This document shows positions 25,634 through 37,266 of a stretch of 64,000 nucleotides of DNA, piece after piece; the first letter of the stretch is position 1; each line of letters opens with the position of its first letter. The position numbers were made by a program, and so were the translations under genes. The stretch lies in the NCBI GenBank assembly GCA_964270895.1, contig OZ185443.1. One strand, written 5' to 3'. Source of the stretch: Podarcis filfolensis. Its lineage: Eukaryota. Under the pieces are notes generated by a model. That model saw only the letters and a list, made by a program, of their open reading frames with translations, ran no database searches and was not told the DNA's origin.

Positions 25634-26407
25634 GTGCACATCAAGACCCCGGCGCACCCTCAAGGATAAATAAATACAAACTGACACAGAATTTTAGTTT
25701 AAGGTTAATGGGCAAAAATTTAGGCCACAACTTTATTGATTACAGCAATGTGAGTGGTATTGGCTTAGGCATTGGCAATAACTATATCTGACTCCTTACT
25801 GCCCACCTTGCAGGAAGTCTGGAAGGGTAAACAACCAAACAAGGAAGCTCTGTTGATGGCAACCAACTGAAGTTCACCCCAGGGTTCCCGCTGGGTCCTG
25901 GCATGGCCCTAGCCCCTCAAGCGGACTTCGGATGAGATCCAGACCTGTGGATTCCTTTACTGGAATACCCTTGTACCTGGAGGGGCAGGTGATGGCCACC
26001 CCTCAACTCCACCACATCACAATAAGCCAATGCCTAACCGCCAAACCTTACAAAAGTTGTGACAATTGCTAAGAGGTAGGCGAAAACCAAATGACCAGTG
26101 CCAATTTGCTAAATGGAAAAAAATCCTACCCAGCCTGTTCTAAAACAGGCGACCAACCGAAGTCCAGAGCAAGGCCAAAGCAGACACCTAAAATACAGGT
26201 CGGGTAGATGGGTGGGTCTTTGGCATCATGAAGCCAGGTGAATCCCCAGAAACGTGCCACCACCTTTTATATGCCCCCACAATCACACCAATCTCTGATT
26301 GGCCAATAGAAGCCATGGTGTGATCATGGGGCCATCATGTGGGCCGGGCTCAATCTCCCCCCCCCCCATGCAACACTGACCCTCAATTAGGAGGATCCGA
26401 TTTGTCA
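25634..26407 (-). mobile_element. Solo LTR, family A copy 2
   Basis: Minus-strand start TGACAAATCGGATCCTCCTAATTGAGGG; TATA (TTTTATA at 26265); polyA signal (TTTATT at 25732) next to GGCCACAAC; colinear with copy 1. Confidence 0.7.
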
Positions 26408-26934
26408 GGCTGCACATTCAGAGAAAAGACCTTTATAGGAGTCTGTCTCATGGATGTGCATGTGTAAATACATGCATTGAGCTCCATAGAACCAGTCAGC
26501 ACTATTGAATGATGTTGGTAGAGAGAGTCCAGAAAAAGTCAGGAAAAAAACCAGCATTCCCCATTTTAGTCCCAGATGATGTGCAGATCTAGCAGCCTGT
26601 CTAGAAATGAAGAGATGTTTGTGTCTGAACAGACTGTTCAGTACATGCTTGTGCATAGGGCCTAAGCTGGGTGAACTGTTGCTGCCCTATCCTTAACCTT
26701 ATATCACAATCCTGCATGTCTTGTCAGAAGTAAATCCCTCTGTTTTTAATAGGGTTTACTTACTAGTATGTGTGTTTAGGACTGCAGCCATAGTACTTGC
26801 TCAGCCATACAGACCAAGAGTGGGGGGTGCTGGGCTTTCAGAAAATTCAGATCTCTTCTTCAAGGTACAACCTTTCAACATGACCTAAATCAGACCTTTT
26901 CAATACTGTTAGCCAACACTGTAACTTTTCTTGC

Positions 26935-27060
26935 CAAGGATACAGGAAGAGCCTGCTGGATCAGGCCAGTGGCCCCTCTGGTCCAGCTTCCTGTTCTCAC
27001 AGTGGCTGAACCCATGGAAAACCAGCAAACAGGATTTGAGCCCAAGAACAGTCTCTCATT
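26935..27060 (-). mobile_element. CR1-type LINE 3' end
   Basis: GAAGAGCCTGCTGGATCAGGCCAGTGGCCCCTCTGGTCCAGCTTCCTGTTCTCACAGTGGC matches the antisense of a recalled abundant squamate CR1 3' terminus. Confidence 0.6.
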
Positions 27061-27985
27061 CCATGGAGAGCTCTACTGAGTACTTAGACTGACAGCTCAG
27101 TAGATATGTACAGGATTGTGCAGTAAATAAAATGTGATATTAATAACTCTGCATCTATCATAGGGTGTTGTAATGATAAAAAAGTGAACACAAATATAAA
27201 CCCTGAAAGTCGCTTGGCATTCAGACTTTGAAATCAATTAAAATAGTGCTAATTTCCTCCTTTATTGCTTTTTCGGAGTTTAATCAAAACTAATTATTTT
27301 AACACTGACCAGTGTTTGATCTTTTCAAATATCTTTTAGTTTTGTTGGAATGACAGTCAGATATGCATGGTATTAATTAAAATTCTGGAATAGTTGGGGC
27401 AGATGTAAAATGCTGGTATCTCATGGCCTTGGCCCAGAAATGCAAATATGGTATTTACACAGCTGGCCCTTCACTTTCAGTCTGTTTCTTTTTATCAAGT
27501 GAACATTCTGTGATTGGGATATTTAAAACACCTAGGATGACACTTTGTCAATATTTGCAGAGCATCTCAAATTCTAGTAAAGATCTCTGTACACGATATT
27601 TAATGATCTTGAATACCTATTGATTTTTGACACATTTATGGTTGCAATCAACTTAAAGTTTATCTCGCTCTCAGAGATGAAGTCATTTAGCCACAGGAGC
27701 CGTAGAGTGAATGATTGGGAAAGAAATAGTTCATGGGTATTGGTGACATTTCAAATCTTCTTTAAAATACCCTTTTGTAAGAAGAAGGCGTGTTCTCCTT
27801 CATGGAGAGCACGTGTTGCGGTGAGGTCTGCTGAGCCACCCCTCTGTTACCAGGCAGGGTCTCTAAAGATGGCCTGGGGCAGTGATTGGTTCACTGGGTT
27901 GCTGGGGTAAAAGTTATGTTGCAATTTTGGTGGGAGGGGTAAAATGTTTAAATACTCTGCACGCAGCCTGGAGCTTTCTCTTTGC

Positions 27986-28600
27986 TGCGTGCAATGGATC
28001 ACCCGCCCACTCGCCCTTGAGTAAGGGGTTGTTGCATTGACCTTGCTATGCTTGTCATGGGGTTGTCTGCCGTTGGGGCAGGGGCTTGGTAGGAATTTTG
28101 TCCATCTGGCTGATTGGCTGGGCCATTTGGTTTTTGCCTACTGCGTAGCAAATCGTCACAACTTGTAAGGTTGCGGTTAGGCATTGGTTATAAATTGGTG
28201 GAGGAGGGGTTAGGATAGGCTGGGCCTGCCCCTCCATGGTTGCTGCGGAAAGGGAATTCCGTTAAAGGAATCCTGGGGCTTGCCATCTTTTCGTCCAATC
28301 CCTGGAATGGGACTAGGGCCGGCAAGCCTTCGGGGAGCATGCGGATGAGAATTGAGGGTCTGTGACTCAGCTCCATTTCTCCCCGACTTGCTTTCCCCCG
28401 CACTGTCTTTCGGTGGTGCCCGGAAGTCAGTTCTGTCCCCAGGCGGGGGGACAGATAGTCTTAACCAATGCCTAAACAACCACTCACGGTTTTGTATTTA
28501 AATAAAGTTGTGGCCAAAATTATGCCAAAAACCTTAAACAAAAATTAAGTGTGCATTGTGAGTTATTTGGGGGGTGGCTTGGGGACCTCGACACGCAACA
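27986..28600 (+). mobile_element. Solo LTR, family A copy 3, internally deleted
   Basis: Ends ...CACGCAACA; AATAAAGTTGTGGCC at 28501; lacks the ~200-bp CCAAT/TATA segment present in the other copies. Confidence 0.7.
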
Positions 28601-30236
28601 GAAATGGATAAAGCTCTGGAATAGATTGTTATCACATACTGCTGTGACTTTAATTCCACCACCACCACACTGCCAGCTATTTTCTCTACATGGTCATAAT
28701 TATTTTTCAGAGGTGCTTAATTCTAACCGAAATAGATTGAATGGGGGAAGAATATATTCGATTTGCAATCAGTCTCCATTTCTCTCTTCTACTCCCAATG
28801 CAGCAACCCTGATTTTCTTTTCATATTATTATAGAGCACTGCTGGCTGAGTTTTATACAATCTATGAAGTGATGTGAAAATGGCGCAGGAGTATTAAACA
28901 AGCATAGCTAGATGGCTGTTCTCAAGATAACCCTACATTTTTTTGGTAAAAGTTGGTGAGATGTGCTGGGATAAAATAATTTGCACTTAAATACTTCTGC
29001 TGCCTTCGCCAATGAAAATCAGCCTTGTCCTTTGCATCAGTGGAAGACAGAGGAAGGTCAAAGGATGAATTCTACTAGCTGTGAGAAGTTTCTGCAGGCT
29101 GAATTCCAACTGCATGATTAGCAGGACTCCCAACTCACGGCAAGATGTACTAGGAACAAAAAGTAGGCAAAATGTCTCAGACATCTGAAGAAGAAAAGTT
29201 CAGGAAAAGTTTGCCTAGCAGCCAAAATTGTTTTTTTTCTCTTATGCCCTCCATATCAACCTCCTCCACTTTGCTTTCTTCTACTCGTCTTTTTGACAGC
29301 ACCAACATAAAATAAGAATCTTAAAATGCAGATTTCATTTTGAAGAAATAATCAGCTGAAGAAAAAAGTCAGGAGCAGGGACTTTATGGGCAAGCAAAAG
29401 AGATCCATTATGGGAGCACTGTTGGGACTCCAAACAACTGAGGGTTAGGATTATTTTATGTTGTATGTCATATTCACCCCACAGGATAATAAAGAGGACT
29501 CTACTGATTTAAGACTTGAGTTTGTGAACTTTCTTTATCACATCTTGGAGCAGCAGGCTTCTTGTTTTTGAGGTTCCAGTGCTTTTCAGAGGATTCTTGG
29601 AAAAAGCGGGGGCCTTTAAAACAAACAAAGAAGCAAACAACTGTCCAGCTCATTCTTAATGTCCTCCTGCTAATAACCTCCAGTAACCCTTTTCTCAAAA
29701 CTTACCTTTCTGCAATAGTGACATGGAAGGCTACTCCACAGCCTTATCAACAGGAAGTTTTCCATGCAAAGATCTTTGGGAATTGTAGTTTGTTGGTGCT
29801 TTGGGTTCCTGGTAAACTAAACCCACCTGAAGCTGCCACTAGTTTAGATCATCTATGATCTGATCTGATATTAGGTGGGTGGTTACTATGGATAGGATTC
29901 CTCACTGTTTTCTTCAGTGGTTCCCAAATTGTGGAATTGCCTCTCCAGAGAGGGTCTGATAGCTCCATCTCATTCTGTATTAGAAATGGTATCAAAAGCT
30001 GCCAAGAGATTGAGTAACAGGGCCACACTCCCCCATCTCTGTTGTGATAAAGGCCATTTGTCACGCCTACCAAGCCTGATTGATTTCTGAAACTCAGCCT
30101 GTAGCATTTTCAGATGATCAGTCTCTTCCAGGAATATTGGTGGTCATTCCACAACCACCCTCTTCAGAGGCAGCCCTATGTACCTCTCTCAATCCAACTG
30201 GGCTGAGAATCTGGTGAATCTGCTGGTGGAACTTAA

Positions 30237-30583
30237 AGGTAAAGGACCCCTGACAGTTAAGTCCAGTCACAGACGACGCTGGGGTTGCAGCACTCATCTC
30301 GCTTTAGAGGCCGAGGGAGACGGCGTTTGTCCGCAGACAGTTTTTCTGGGTCATGTGGCCAGCAGGACTAAGCAGCTTCTGGTGTGCACGGAAATGCCGT
30401 TTACCTTCCCACCAGAGTGGTACCTATTTTTCTACTTTTTGGTGTGCTTTCAAACTGCTAGGTTGACAGGAGCTGGGACTGAGCAACAGGAGCTCACCCC
30501 GTTGCGGGGATTCGAACTGCCAATCTCCTGATTGGCAAACCCAAGAGGCTCAGTGGTTTAGACCACAGAGCCACCTGCGTCTC
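30237..30583 (-). mobile_element. Sauria SINE (full length)
   Basis: AAGGTAAAGGACCCCTGAC ... GACCACAGAGCCACCTGCGTCTC; TSD CTG(G/A)TGGAACTTAA at 30223-30236 and 30585-30598. Confidence 0.95.
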
Positions 30584-30869
30584 TCTGATGGAACTTAAGC
30601 TAGCAGTAAAAACAAACAAAAACAAAAACCCAAAGGGGTGGGATGTGGAAAGGAGAGACTTTAACCTACTCCAAACCTCTTTCAGCTCAGTTATGTGAAC
30701 TGGGAACCTCGAGGAACTTACATCAGTGAAAAAGGTAGTGGAAGTCAAACTTCTTGCCTATTGAGATCAAGCAGGTGACTTCACTGTACTCTTTTCGACT
30801 CCTGTTAAAAGCATTCCTGTTTAGACAAGGCTACTCAGATGCTTAGAAAGTTGAGGGAATTTTAATCTT

Positions 30870-31008
30870 TTTTTGTATTTTAACTTTTGTGTGTTATAGA
30901 GTTGTATTTTTTCCTTGATTTTAATGTTTTATCTTTTGTAAACTGCTTCAAGTGTTGTTGTTTTTACAAACAAGCAGTGTATAAATGTTATTAAATAAAG
31001 AAATAAGT
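30870..31008 (+). mobile_element. L2/CR1-type LINE 3' UTR tail
   Basis: T-rich 3' UTR then TGTAAACTGCTT...AAGCAGTGTATAAATGTTATTAAATAAAGAAATAA. Confidence 0.45.
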
Positions 31009-31339
31009 AAAAAAGAACTATTTTAAAGGCTTGCTTCCCTTTGCCAGGCTCAGACCAACTCAGCCAACAGTAGCCCCCCACCTGAACAGTTATTAGAATA
31101 GGGGTAACATATCTTGGCTTAACCTAAATTGGCATAATTTCTACTGACTTCCTACTCTTGCTCTGTAAGTCTTCTGCTTTCCATATTTTAAAAATTGGGT
31201 TGTAATCTGTTTGGTGGTTTTTTTGTGGTTTTTTGTTTTTTTTTTGAAGGAGATTTTTAAATTATAAATTTTGCAGTGCTTTGCACATTATTTGTAGGAG
31301 ATATAAATACTGTGATATATGACATATGTATGTTTGTAT

Positions 31340-31862
31340 TCTTGGGAGAAAAGCAATGACAAACTTAGACAGCATCTTAAAAAGTAGAGACATCACTTTG
31401 CCAACAAAGGTCCATATAGTAAAAGCTATGGTTTTCCCAGTAGTGATTTATGGAAGTGAAAGCTGGACCATAAAGAAGGCTGATCGCCGAAGAATTGATG
31501 CTTTTGAATTATGGTGCTGGAGGAGACTCTTGAGAGTCCCATGGACTCCAAGAAGATCAAACCTATCCATTCTTAAGGAAATCAGGCCTGAGTGCTCACT
31601 GGAAGGACATCATGAAGCTGAGGCTCCAATACTTTGGCCACCTCATGAGAAGAGAAGACTCCCTGGAAAAGACCCTGATGTTGGGAAAGATGGAGGGCAC
31701 AAGGAGAAGGGGATGACAGAGGCCAAATGTTTGGATAGTGTTCTCGAAGCTACCAGCATGAGTTTGACCAAACTGCGGGAGGCAGTGGAAGACAGGAGTG
31801 CCTGGCGTGCTCTGGTCCATGGGGTCACGAAGAGTCGGACACGACTAAACAACAACAACAAC
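31340..31862 (+). mobile_element. Bov-B (RTE clade) LINE 3' fragment, 5'-truncated and frameshifted
   Basis: Translates LGRKAMTNLDSILKSRDITLPTKVHIVKAMVFPVVIYGSESWTIKKADRRRIDAFELWCWRRLLRVPWT, the Bov-B ORF C-terminus. Frameshift near 31605; ends GGGGTCACGAAGAGTCGGACACGACTAAA(CAA)n. Confidence 0.95.
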
Positions 31863-33158
31863 ATTAACAGTAATAATAAATAAAAGACAACTATGCTTAG
31901 CAGCTCATACTGCCTGCGCTAATATACTTAATCAACCCTTTTATTGTCAAGGGCTGAAAGTCAAAATAGCAAATAGTTTCCATTAGTGCTCTGTATTGTT
32001 CTAATAGTGCTCTGAAGCATTTGGGGCAGCATGGTGGTGGGCATATTGAGTGAGGGTACTCTGACTTTACATTGTGGCATTATCCAGAGAAAATGAGAGC
32101 TTTGATTGGGATAGAAGCAAAGCTCTTCTTCTTTGTGCCCAGACCCTGTTTTTCCTAAATTCAATATGCCATGCATATTTAAATGCTGCTTTGCACTTCT
32201 GTAGCTCCTTTCATGTGGGAATAAATCAAAGTGCTTTTCAAATATTAATTCCAGCCTCACAAAGCACCTGTTTGCTTCAGTTCATACCTCTATCACTGAG
32301 GTTAAGGCATGTGCCCGATGTCACACATCAAGTCCCCGGAAAAACATTATATAAGGTCCCCTTTGAATCCAGTGTTGTCCTGCTTTGAATTTATGCCAGT
32401 ACTTCTTTAAATTCAGTTAATTAAATATATTCATTGTTCTGAAACGGTCAGCCTTAAGCCTAGAGTCCTACACTATCTGTGGCTCCTTTTAAACATTCTG
32501 GTTTACTGGCTCCTATTCTGGGTACAAAAAATAGGCAATTCCTCCTGGGATGCTACATACTGTAGAAATGACATTTAAAAGTTCCTTACCCTAATAGCTT
32601 GCAGCATCTGTAAAGCAGTGCTGCCACTACCAGAGATATTCAAAGCTGGTGTGCAGGCATTGCACAGCAAAGCTTTTAAACGTTATGCTCATCACATGGG
32701 CTACTGCCACTAGAGACATCTCAACCGTTTCTATGTGGGGGCCGTAATGTTTAAATTAGCCTCCGACAGAGTCAAGGAGGAGAGCTGCAAGAGAAGGGCT
32801 TGAATCTGAGCATAGCAACCAAAAAATTTAAAGTGGAAATAGTAAGTACTACTCCAGAGCTTCAGCAGATTAGGTTTCAGACAGTGGAAAACATTGATAA
32901 GAAGGGGAGCATGCAAATCAAAAGAAATAGAAGAGTCAATGATAATAGCAAGCTACTAACTGTAATCATACAGTTGGGAGAAACATCCATTCTGTTCGCA
33001 AGACATCTATCTTCCATGCATTCAGTGAATACAGAGTGTGATCAAGCCCACTAACTCCACAACCGAATACTGAAGTGCTCACTGGCCAATCAGAATTCCC
33101 ACTCACATGGAGCATACATTTATATGCACAGAGGCTCTCTTTTACAGTACTGCAGTGC

Positions 33159-33375
33159 AGACCCTCCAAGTGTCCCTATTTTCCAGTCCCAGATTTACAA
33201 AAGCCGTCCTGGTTTTTTATTTGATCCCAGAATGTCCCACTTTTTCTTAGGAAGTCCCTAATTTCATTGGAGAAATGTTGGCAGCCCAGTCAGATGGGTG
33301 GGATATAAATAGTAAAGTGATGATGATTATGATGGAATAAGACATCCCTATTCTCATCGGAGAAATGTTGGATGG
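33159..33375 (+). mobile_element. MITE (probably hAT) with a duplicated right end and an embedded L2-type tail
   Basis: Starts CAGACCCTCCAAGTGTCCC; the motif TCCCTA(A/T)T(T/C)TCAT(T/C)GGAGAAATGTTGG occurs twice (about 33256 and 33346) with CCCAGTCAGATGGGTGGGATATAAATAG between them. Confidence 0.6.
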
Positions 33376-33757
33376 AGTGGTAATGCAAAATGTCCAGCTG
33401 TTGGGGATGTGGAACCAGGCACACTGGCATTAGGGCATGGCAAGCAGGTATGATTCTGTTCCCTCCTCACTGAATGCATTTGGCAGTGCCTGATCAATCC
33501 TAATGACAAATTCTCATGTGAGGTCCTGCCTTATGTGTCTGACCAAAAATTAATAGTAAGTCCTGAAACTAGTTTCGAAACAGGGGTGGTGGTTGGATGG
33601 GCTACCAAAACAACAGCAAATGGCCTAGCTTTGATCCTCTAATAATGTTTAGCTATGTCCATGAATTAAATCTTCCACAACTTCCCCACTTTTTATATTT
33701 GACCTTTTTTATTTAAAAAGTTGCAATTATGATATATTAGAAACTTAAGCAAGCCCC

Positions 33758-34075
33758 GCTGCTTTTGACAGGGATCAGCTTCACTTGGGATCTCATTATC
33801 AGGAATTCCCAAGTCAAAGGCAGCCCTGTGGGGCATACATTTGGCACCAAATATAGACAGCAACAAATGCAAGACCGGTGCCAAGGAACAATCAGGCTCA
33901 GATTGTGCACCCAATTGCTCCTTGGCAGCGGGTTTCATTCAGCTGCTTTCAACGGGGATTGGTTCTGCTCGCAAGCTCTGATCAGGAGCTCCCAAGTGGA
34001 ACCAATCCCAGCATGGCTTGCATTCAGTGCCAAATTTAAACAGCACCAAATGCAATCCCTGCTGCAAAGGAACAC
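33758..34075. repeat. Diverged ~186-bp tandem duplication, each unit with a ~55-60 bp hairpin
   Basis: Hairpins at 33769-33828 and 33955-34009, each followed by CATT..G..CCAAAT.TA.ACAGCA.CAAATGCAA. Confidence 0.7.
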
Positions 34076-34435
34076 TTTGCAGTTCCCAATTGTTCCCTGA
34101 CAGCTGTGAGTTTACCTGTTCCAAACCTGATGTCACATAGCATCAGGTGAGTGACATTTGAGCATAGATATAGTTTTCCTCCCATTTTTCAGGATGCAAA
34201 TCCTTCCAAGCCAGTCTACAGGTAACATAAAATACCTTAATGAATTCAGAAGAAAACCATATCAAAACATGTCAAGCCATCAGGAGCTTTTCCATAATGC
34301 ATTTGGTGGTAGATGGCCCTGTGGAAGGTTAGTCTAATGCCTGTCTCTCTTGCACACCTGTTTTTCACCACAATGTAGTTGGTACCAGATGCCTCAGTGG
34401 AGAGCAGGCTCTGAGTTTTCCCTCCCCAAGTCATG

Positions 34436-35178
34436 TGTTACATGGCAACACCCCCAAGCCGACCCCCCATTAGAATAATGAAATTCACACAGACACGGAT
34501 ATTTTGTTTAAGGTTTTTGGGCAAAATTTTGTCCACAACATTACTGATTACAGGAATTAGAGCGGTATTGGCTTAGGCATTGGCAAGACTATATCTGACT
34601 CCTTCCCGCTTTGCAGGAAGTCAGTAAGGGTAAACCACCCAAAAGGAAACTGCTTCGGGGGAACCCGCCTGCATCTACCCTGGTAGCCCCTCAAGCAGAC
34701 TTCAGACAGGATCCAGGCCCCGGATTCCTTTAACAGAATACCCATGAAACTGGAGGGGCAGGTGATGGCTGACCTCCCCTCCCCCATTCAACAATAAGCC
34801 AATGCCTAACCGCCAAACCTTACAAGATTGTGATGATTGCTAAGAGGTAGGCAAAAACCAAGTGGCCCGTACCAATTTGCCAAATGGAAAAAATTCCTAC
34901 CCAGTCCCCGACTCAAGACAGGCAACCAACCGAAGTCCAAAGCAAGGCCAAAGGACACTTAAATTAAAGGGAGGGTGGGCGGGTGTTTGGCAGCGCGAAG
35001 GAGGAGCCTGGTACACATCGCGCTGCTGCTTTTATACTTTCCCCCACAATCACCCTTCATAATGATTGGGCAATAGCCCTAGGTGATTGTGGTGCCACCC
35101 TGGCATAAGGGTGGGGGGAACCAGGTTGAGGGTCTGCCTGCAACCAGGACTATCTATTAAGATGATCCCATTTCTTGA
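34436..35178 (-). mobile_element. Solo LTR, family A copy 4
   Basis: Minus-strand 3' end ...CATGTAACA; TATA (TTTATA at 35031); polyA signal degraded; colinear with copy 2. Confidence 0.7.
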
Positions 35179-37039
35179 ATTCAGAGACTATTTCAGGGTG
35201 GGTGCAAAACTGGAAGTCTAGTGGAACATACCACAGGTCGTGGCAGTAGTATGCCTCTCAGCAGCCACCCAGTGGAGTTTGTTTTCTTTACCCAAAGGCT
35301 TGGTTGCCAAATTCTACATCATAACACCATCACAGAGAGGGTTGGCATCTGTCTACCAACAGTCACAAAGAAGACAGAATGTTGCTGCCACCTCTGCAAA
35401 ATATAGGAGGTAGTGAAGAATAGCAGAAAGAGGTTAGTGGCTTCTGGGTGAAAGGGGAGCCCAAACCATCCTATGGTTTTGCTGGAAGTTTTCTTTGCAG
35501 CGTGTTTGGGTCAGGATTAGCTTAAAGGGAGAAAGATTGGGGGGTTGTGCTAAGGTCACTTTTGGCCACAAGGGATGAGGACTTTTCTGTGGTGGCCCCA
35601 TGATTGTGAAATTCTGTCCTGAGAGAAACAGTGAGCCCCCTCATTCCAGACAACAGATGAAAGTTATTTATTTATTTATGTATTTATTATTTAACAAGAT
35701 TTATATATTGCTTGGTTGTAGTAAAACATCTAGGTACTTTAATAAGATACTGTTGCTATTATTACTGTATTTTTTGTTATTTTGTATGCTTTAAAAATGT
35801 ATGTGTTGTAAGTGTCCGTGAAAAGAGGGCATTTTGAAGAGCAGCATATAAGTAAGTTGAATGAATGACTAAATAAACTTGTGTGACACTGAAAATTCAT
35901 CATACTGGAACAGGGGTATAGGGATTGAAGGATTTTGCAAAAAGCCCCTCCTAGCAATAATCACTGTTGAGGTGCAACATCAGTGTAATCTTAGCAGAAG
36001 CATGGAAGCAATTTCTTCACCAAATCAATAAAGATTTTAATCCCAGAAAGCTGTGGAAAGGTATAAAAATATTATTTAGTGCAAATAAGTTTCCTTGCAG
36101 AACATTCCAGATCCTTGCTATGCAAGCAAGTAAATGATTAGAAAAGATGTTGGCTGCTGTGTCATATACCAGTTTTGTTTGTATATAGAATTTACATTAA
36201 AATGTAGTTTCTCTTCATTCAAAATAGTACTTAGTGTACATGTCACAATACTGAAATATGGAATTTGCTTGGCAGAAAACATATGCGGTCTCACACATAC
36301 AAATGTGTTGAAAAGAACTTCATTGATCTTGAACATTTTGGCACATTCAGATGCATGTCACACAACTGTGTACTGAATCATTTCATCCATATTTTATTTC
36401 TCATTTATGTATATCACTAAGTCTGCAAAATTAAATTACTGATTCCCTTGTGATCTGCCCCATTTTTTTCAATTTTCTACAGCACCACAGTCATTGAAAA
36501 CTATCATAAAATTAAAGCAATATATACAAGATAATACTATATGCTAATATATAAAACAATTCTGTATACTAATAGCAAATTCGTTCTCCAAGTATGTATC
36601 CTTATGGAGCCAAACAGCACCATCAATGCACAAAAGGGAGGTGTTAACAGACTTGAAGAGTGTCAAGCTTTTAAGTGGAACAAAAAACTTTAGAAAAGGA
36701 CCCTCAAAGGGGCAGTGCCAAAAATAGTACAATGGGAACTGAGCACGAACATTTTGCATGGAAAGCTGAATGGTGGCTGCAGGAGGTGGGGTGGAGATGA
36801 AAAATCAGAAGGTGAATGGGGTATCCTGTGAAAAGGTATGGCTGGCTGGAATCCTGACCAGGAATGCTTCGCTGCAACATTTTGTTGCAGAGTTATTACT
36901 CCAAAGCTATGAGTTAAGTTGAAAATGGTATGTATCTGAATCATTAACAGAACAGTTTCTAACTTGTTTTGACAATTTAATTTTTTCATCACCAAATAGC
37001 ATTTGGTGTTATGACCATGATATGTGGTTCTCCAGGTGG

Positions 37040-37266
37040 GACAGGGCCACTATGCTAGCTTCCTGGCAGGTTAGTCATGGTTGCTTATTGGGAGGGATAG
37101 GAAGAAGTGGCAGGGAAGTCTCTATGGTGCAAACACACTGGCAGTGTGTTGGATTGGCTCTGCTGGTGTGTTTGCACTGCACCAACCTCCCTGCTGCCTT
37201 GCACATCCCCGTTTGGGTAAGCCATAGTGATCCACCTGCCAGGAAGCTAGTGTGGTGGCTCTAGCC
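37040..37266. repeat. Concentric long imperfect palindrome (foldback), probably a MITE
   Basis: Perfect 17-bp inverted repeat (37055-37071 / 37234-37250) and perfect 12-bp inverted repeat (37127-37138 / 37166-37177) share the same centre at about 37152. Confidence 0.8.

Noticed and set aside
16706-28600. Copies 1 and 3 (or 2 and 4) as paired LTRs of a single provirus
   Set aside because: The copies are too diverged, and there is no PBS, polypurine tract, gag, pol or env between them, and no shared TSD.
29139-29184. 46-nt minus-strand exon candidate (AG|ATG...|GTGAGT)
   Set aside because: Good splice sites but the peptide is not a convincing signal peptide and it is not phase-compatible with the other candidates.
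31326-31883. 185-aa ORF as a host gene
   Set aside because: It is the frameshifted 3' end of Bov-B; the ATG comes from flanking DNA.
32761-33054. ORF with a faint RTE RT-like stretch (VKGESCK..GLNLSIATKK)
   Set aside because: Needs a frameshift and the similarity does not continue; left unassigned.
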